DNA of 63,246 nt, filler included, from Olpidium bornovanus S191 (lineage: Eukaryota > Fungi > Olpidiomycota): the NCBI GenBank assembly GCA_017911155.1. It is 30 parts of 30 records of this genome, joined end to end, with 100 filler letters (N's around TTAATTAATTAA, not from the genome) between each part and the next. Parts side by side here need not be neighbours in the genome. Positions count along the whole stretch, not along the records: positions 58,603 to 63,246 come from JAEFCI010000844.1; 29 more parts are not named here. One strand, written 5' to 3'. The position numbers and the translations under genes were made by a program. Shown one piece after another: positions 58,869 to 63,246 of the stretch. The notes beneath the pieces are model-generated. The model was given only the letters and a program-made list of their open reading frames with translations, made no database searches and was not told the DNA's origin. Position 1 is the stretch's first letter. The number at the start of each line of letters is the position of its first letter.

Positions 58869-61488
58869 TTAGAACTGTGGGCTGAGCGTGCTCGCTGGTC
58901 CGGCGTTGGCCGTTGGCGACGGCGTCGCCGGCGGCCCCTGCCTCCGCCGACCCTCTGAACCACCGCACTTCCTTTTCGGCGTTCCGCTTTCGCCGCCGCT
59001 GCAGTTGTAGTCGCTTTGCGCGTCGCCCCCGCTGAAGCTCCCACTGTCGTCGTCTCCGGTGCTGCTGCCGTCTTCGACTTCCTCCTTTTCGCCGCCTCGG
59101 TCGCGGTTCAAAGCCGCCGCTTTCGACGGGCTGACGGCGTAGGGGCCGCGCGGGAGGAGCTCGTAACGGGAAACACAGTCGTATAGCCTGCGGGGCCAAG
59201 ATGTAGTCAGGACGAGCGCGCCGCGGAATGGAAGGTGCCCTGTTTTACGAAACGCAAAAGACTCCTCCGCTTCTCCCACCCAGACAACGCGGGGAACTTT
59301 TGGAAATGGCCGCACGTGCCGAGCCGCAAACGTTTCCTCACCACTTCTCTTGAACAACCTCTTTGGTGACTTTGCGATTTTGAACCACGCCCAGCCCGAT
59401 GCAGAAGTCGGCCAGCGAGGACGATTCGACAGGCTTGCCGCCGAGGAAGGCGACGAGCTCGTAAACCTGCACAAGATGCCGGCCAAAACCCGCGAGCACT
59501 TTAAAATCTATCGTTCACCCCAGGTAGATGGTCGCCACCTTAAAAAGCGTCCGGCGACGTGCCGGTTTACCTCTTGCCAAGGGGCCTTGGTCCGGCCGAC
59601 GAATATTTTTAACTCGGAAAGCAACCCTCGGGCGCTCCCGGCCGTCCCGTCTTCCGTCTTCAACGTTTTCGCGAAAAGTAGTCGGGACTTGCGGCAGGCG
59701 GGAAACGCTTCGTTCAGCTCAAATTCTGCTTCTCCCTGCCACGTGGCGCTTTCCAGGGATCGATACACCCTGCGGTCGTGATTGAACGTCAAGAATATTA
59801 GAATATCTGTATTGTCGGGCGCGCAAGCACACGTTGACGCGGCTTATGATGGAGTTCGCAATCATACAAAACTATATACGATGCGGTGTCATTTACTTAA
59901 TATCTTGACAGTTCGACTCCTTCGGCAACAACACCTACCATTCAGGCGAAAGTACCCAGCAGCCGCAGGCGATTGCTTTGAGGACAGACATTGTGCGCTT
60001 CGCGCTTCCGCCTAAAATGGGAATCCAGGCGCGCAAACCACACGCAAATTAAGGAAAACCGGAACAGCAAAGAACCATAGGATGAAACGGGAGGATGAAT
60101 GCAACAGCCGGACTTACTGATAAGGTGCGTTGTTGTTTTCTGAATTCTGCGCGATGCGGAAAGTGTGTGAGTCCCGTCCGGAGCGACGCCCGAAACCAGC
60201 GAACATTGCCTACCTGTTTCCGATCGCGAATCCGCCCAGTTTGCGGACGGTCGAAACGATGACATCACGCGTCCTTTCAAGGGAAAATCGGGTCCGGCCA
60301 AAACCAATTACGGCGATTGTCGTCTGCCGCGTAAAGTTTCGTCTCGGCGAACACGCGGCACGTAAGAACATAGAAATCTGACGTACGCGTCGTCTACGTT
60401 CGTCATTACGAGCGACTTCTTCTCGGGCTGTCTTTCCGCACCGCGAGGGGGAAAAGATGAGACCACGGATCTGATACTGCATAAGGCGAGTTTCAATGCG
60501 CACCTTCTTCGAAGCCGGGTCGCTTCTTCGCCTCCTGGCTGCAGTCTGGCGCTTGTTGCCGTCGACCTCCGCTAGCACAGCTGACGCGGAAACTCCGCGG
60601 CCCTGTAAACCGACCTTCCGCTTCGTCGTTTTGCCGGCTGCAAGATTTTCGACCGTCGAACTGATTTGCGGGGATAGGACCGCGACCGCCTCTGGGCTCT
60701 TCCCGAGCTCGGCCGCCGGTCGGGTTTCGGGATGTGCAGCCTCCACCGCCTCTGCAGCGTCCGGCCGCGCGGCGGGACCGGCGGGCAAAATCAAAGGAGG
60801 TGGAGCGAGCAGAGTTCGGCGCAAGGGCGGTTCGTGTGTTTCAGCCGCAGACGGCGTTTCCAGCGATCGATGCTTAGACGAGCCGGAAGTACTGTTGTTT
60901 GCTAGGGCTACATAAATAGCGATCAGTGTCCACCGCAGACACAAGGGTAATGTATCATCCGTCTTTACCTAGCAACTGTTGCGTGGAGCTAAAGCGGTCC
61001 TCGCCGGCGCTAGCGTCTGACACTTTTGTGGGTTCCATCGACTTCCGCTTCTGGATGCCAGCATAGGCAAAGTGAGCTGTTGGATAGGCGCCGGTTCGAA
61101 AGAAGAGGGTGCACGCGCTCGAAGGGCGGCGGATCGCACCCTCGCCCTCGACGTCTTCGCCGCCGTTGTCATTTCCACGAGAAACCCCGCCTCGTCAACC
61201 CTCTCGCCCCGCCTCTTGCATTCGGTCACCCACAGCACGCTGACCGGTACTGCCGCGCCGGCCGCCGAGCAGGACTCCGCGCCTGCCGCGGGATCTGTCT
61301 GCTTTCGCGCGAGCATGGCAGCATACTTGTTCCTGATCGCCGCCGTCGGGTTTTGGACGACGAGGTGTGTGCAGTCGCCGCACAGGGTCTTGCGGACCTG
61401 TGTTTGGGGAGAAAAACGCCCGGCCCGCCAGATCAGAAAACGCGCCGCCCGAGCGGGGGCAGCGCCCGACCAACGCGGGGGCGGGGCG

Positions 61489-61527
<39 letters not shown>

Positions 61528-62035
61528 ATTTCTGTCATGGCGGCTTGCGCACTTGGGACGGCGCCGCCAGGGCAAGAACCACCGCGAGACAAACGCGCGC
61601 GGGGGGGGCCCCGAGGCCTCCTCTCCCCGGCACGTTGGGGCAGAGACGATCGCGGTCTGCGTTTTCGCCCCCGCACGATAAAAAAAACCGCGCGCGAAGA
61701 ACCGGCCGGAGCCGATAAAACGCCGCACGGGGAAGGGGAAGGGGGAAGCAGGGAACACCCGAGCTCCTCTTTTTTTTTTTTTTTCTTTTTTTTTTTTTTT
61801 TTCTCCTCGCGCACCGGCGAACCTTGGCGCCCAACGCCTGCAGATCGGCGGCGAAGCCGGAGCTGGCGTCCGCGTCGTCGTCGGTGATGACGTGCACGTG
61901 GGCCACGACCCCGCCGAGGACGCCGCCCGGAAGCGGGGTCCCGGCGCGGCCGTCCTGCGCGCGCCCCGCGGAGTCGGCGGCGGGGCGCCGAGCGGGCGCC
62001 GCGGCGGCAGCGGCGGCGGGCGCGGCGCGTTTCAT
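58869..62035 (-). CDS. MCPH1: Microcephalin (MCPH1/BRIT1) homolog: N-terminal BRCT plus C-terminal tandem BRCT, apparently complete
   Basis: N-BRCT: VLGGVVAHVHV...FAADLQALGAKVRKTL...THLVV...VSVLWVTECKRRGERVDEAGF. C-BRCTs: VIVSTVRKLGGF, TTTHLIS, KRTMSVLKAIACGCWVLSPEW-VYRSLESATWQGEAEFEL...FPA, YELVAFLGGK, VVQEKWLYDCV. Confidence 0.85.
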
Positions 62036-63098
62036 GGTCGGGCGCGCGCCTGGTGGGTTTTTATTTTTTTATTTTTATTTTTTTTTTTTTTTTTCGCCCT
62101 GAACTTCCCCCGGCCGCGTTGTTGGCTGAGGGCAAAAAAAAAAACGCAAAACGGGCGCGCGGCGGGGCCCTCCCCTCTTCTCTTCCCTCTTTTTTTTTTT
62201 TTTTCCTCGACTTTTTCCCCCCGCTGGGGGCAAAGGCAAAAAAGCACCACGGCGGCGTCGGGCTTGATTCTGTCCCGTGAGCTCTGGTCACGATACACTA
62301 GTCCTTGCGTCTCGTTTTCAAGTGCTGCTCTCCACGGACGTCTCAACATCCCGCATGCGCTTTCCGCCCAGAATTGCCCTTTCCCGAACATGGACATAAG
62401 CGTGGTGTTCTGTTCCACAATGACCTGCTCACGAGGTCATTGTGAAACCTTCCCAGAAAACGTTCTTTTTTCTGTGCCGGGCGACGTCTCCTCGAAAAAG
62501 TCTTCCCATCCCTGTCACCCTCCAGATGACCGTCGTCGATTGCGCAGCGTCATCTTTTTTCCTCGGTACCTCGAGGTTCAGGCCCTCTGGCAAACAATTG
62601 CAAAGTAAACACATGATAGAAGGCAGGTTTGGCCCACGCCTCATGCTTGTGTCCTGCAGCGCTTTACACACCACTCGCCCCGTCGCCACCACCACGACAC
62701 GTCCTTCATCACCCCCGCACGCGTATGCTCGTCATCGCCTTGACAACGCGCCCTTGCTCAACCGGCCCAGACGGCTCGGCACATTAACGCGGTCGAAAAA
62801 TTTATAAGACCTCAGCGAGCCACCGAACGATTTGCAAGGCCCGCGGGTTTGTCGGCATTTGCCCCCCCCCCATCCGGCAGAATCCGTTTTGACGGGTAAT
62901 GTTTTCTCTCTCTCGGCTAAAGTTTGCGCCAGAGACGCCGTCCGCGGTGAGCTCCTTCCTCCCCCATCTTGCTGTGTACCCTCGCTGCGCGCCGAGCCCT
63001 CGTCCTCTTCCCACCGCCAACAGGCGTTTTTTTTTTTTTTTTTTTCCATTTTGCAACGCCTCTCTCTCCTCGAGGCTTGCTCGCCGGCGGCGCAAAAA

Positions 63099-63143
<45 letters not shown>

Positions 63144-63246
63144 AAAGAAAAAGAAAAAAAGAACATGTCCCGGCCGGCGCAGCTCCGCGCAGCGTTAGCG
63201 CCGCCCTCGGCCCTGTTGCCCAAGGTACCCCCCGCTGCGCCCCCCA

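Overview
This window is not one locus. It is 30 short contigs (about 1-4.6 kb) joined by 29 identical artificial 100-nt spacers (N44-TTAATTAATTAA-N44), so genes on different contigs are not linked. The DNA is GC-rich, intron-dense and eukaryotic. Fungal-type housekeeping genes plus a cilium-type ASH-domain protein suggest a zoosporic early-diverging fungus, possibly Olpidium-like (inference, not verified). Recognisable, mostly truncated genes: RhoGAP, RPL18, NPC2-like ML protein, aminopeptidase P, RBD-RasGEF, O-fucosyltransferase, MPP beta, DPH7, eIF2B-beta, inorganic pyrophosphatase, FYV7 and a BT1 folate/biopterin transporter. Mobile DNA: a 4-intron Tc1/mariner-like transposase pseudogene, a Ty3/gypsy integrase, a gypsy protease relic and a possible DIRS relic. 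Most notable observations: (1) an apparently complete three-BRCT microcephalin (MCPH1) and a NELF-A, both regulators absent from yeasts; (2) a dispersed ~60-75 bp near-perfect hairpin element on two unlinked contigs, one copy inside an intron; (3) a probable non-AUG mitochondrial presequence on aminopeptidase P; (4) strong CATG enrichment at contig ends, most likely technical. All family assignments come from manual motif recognition; no database search was run.
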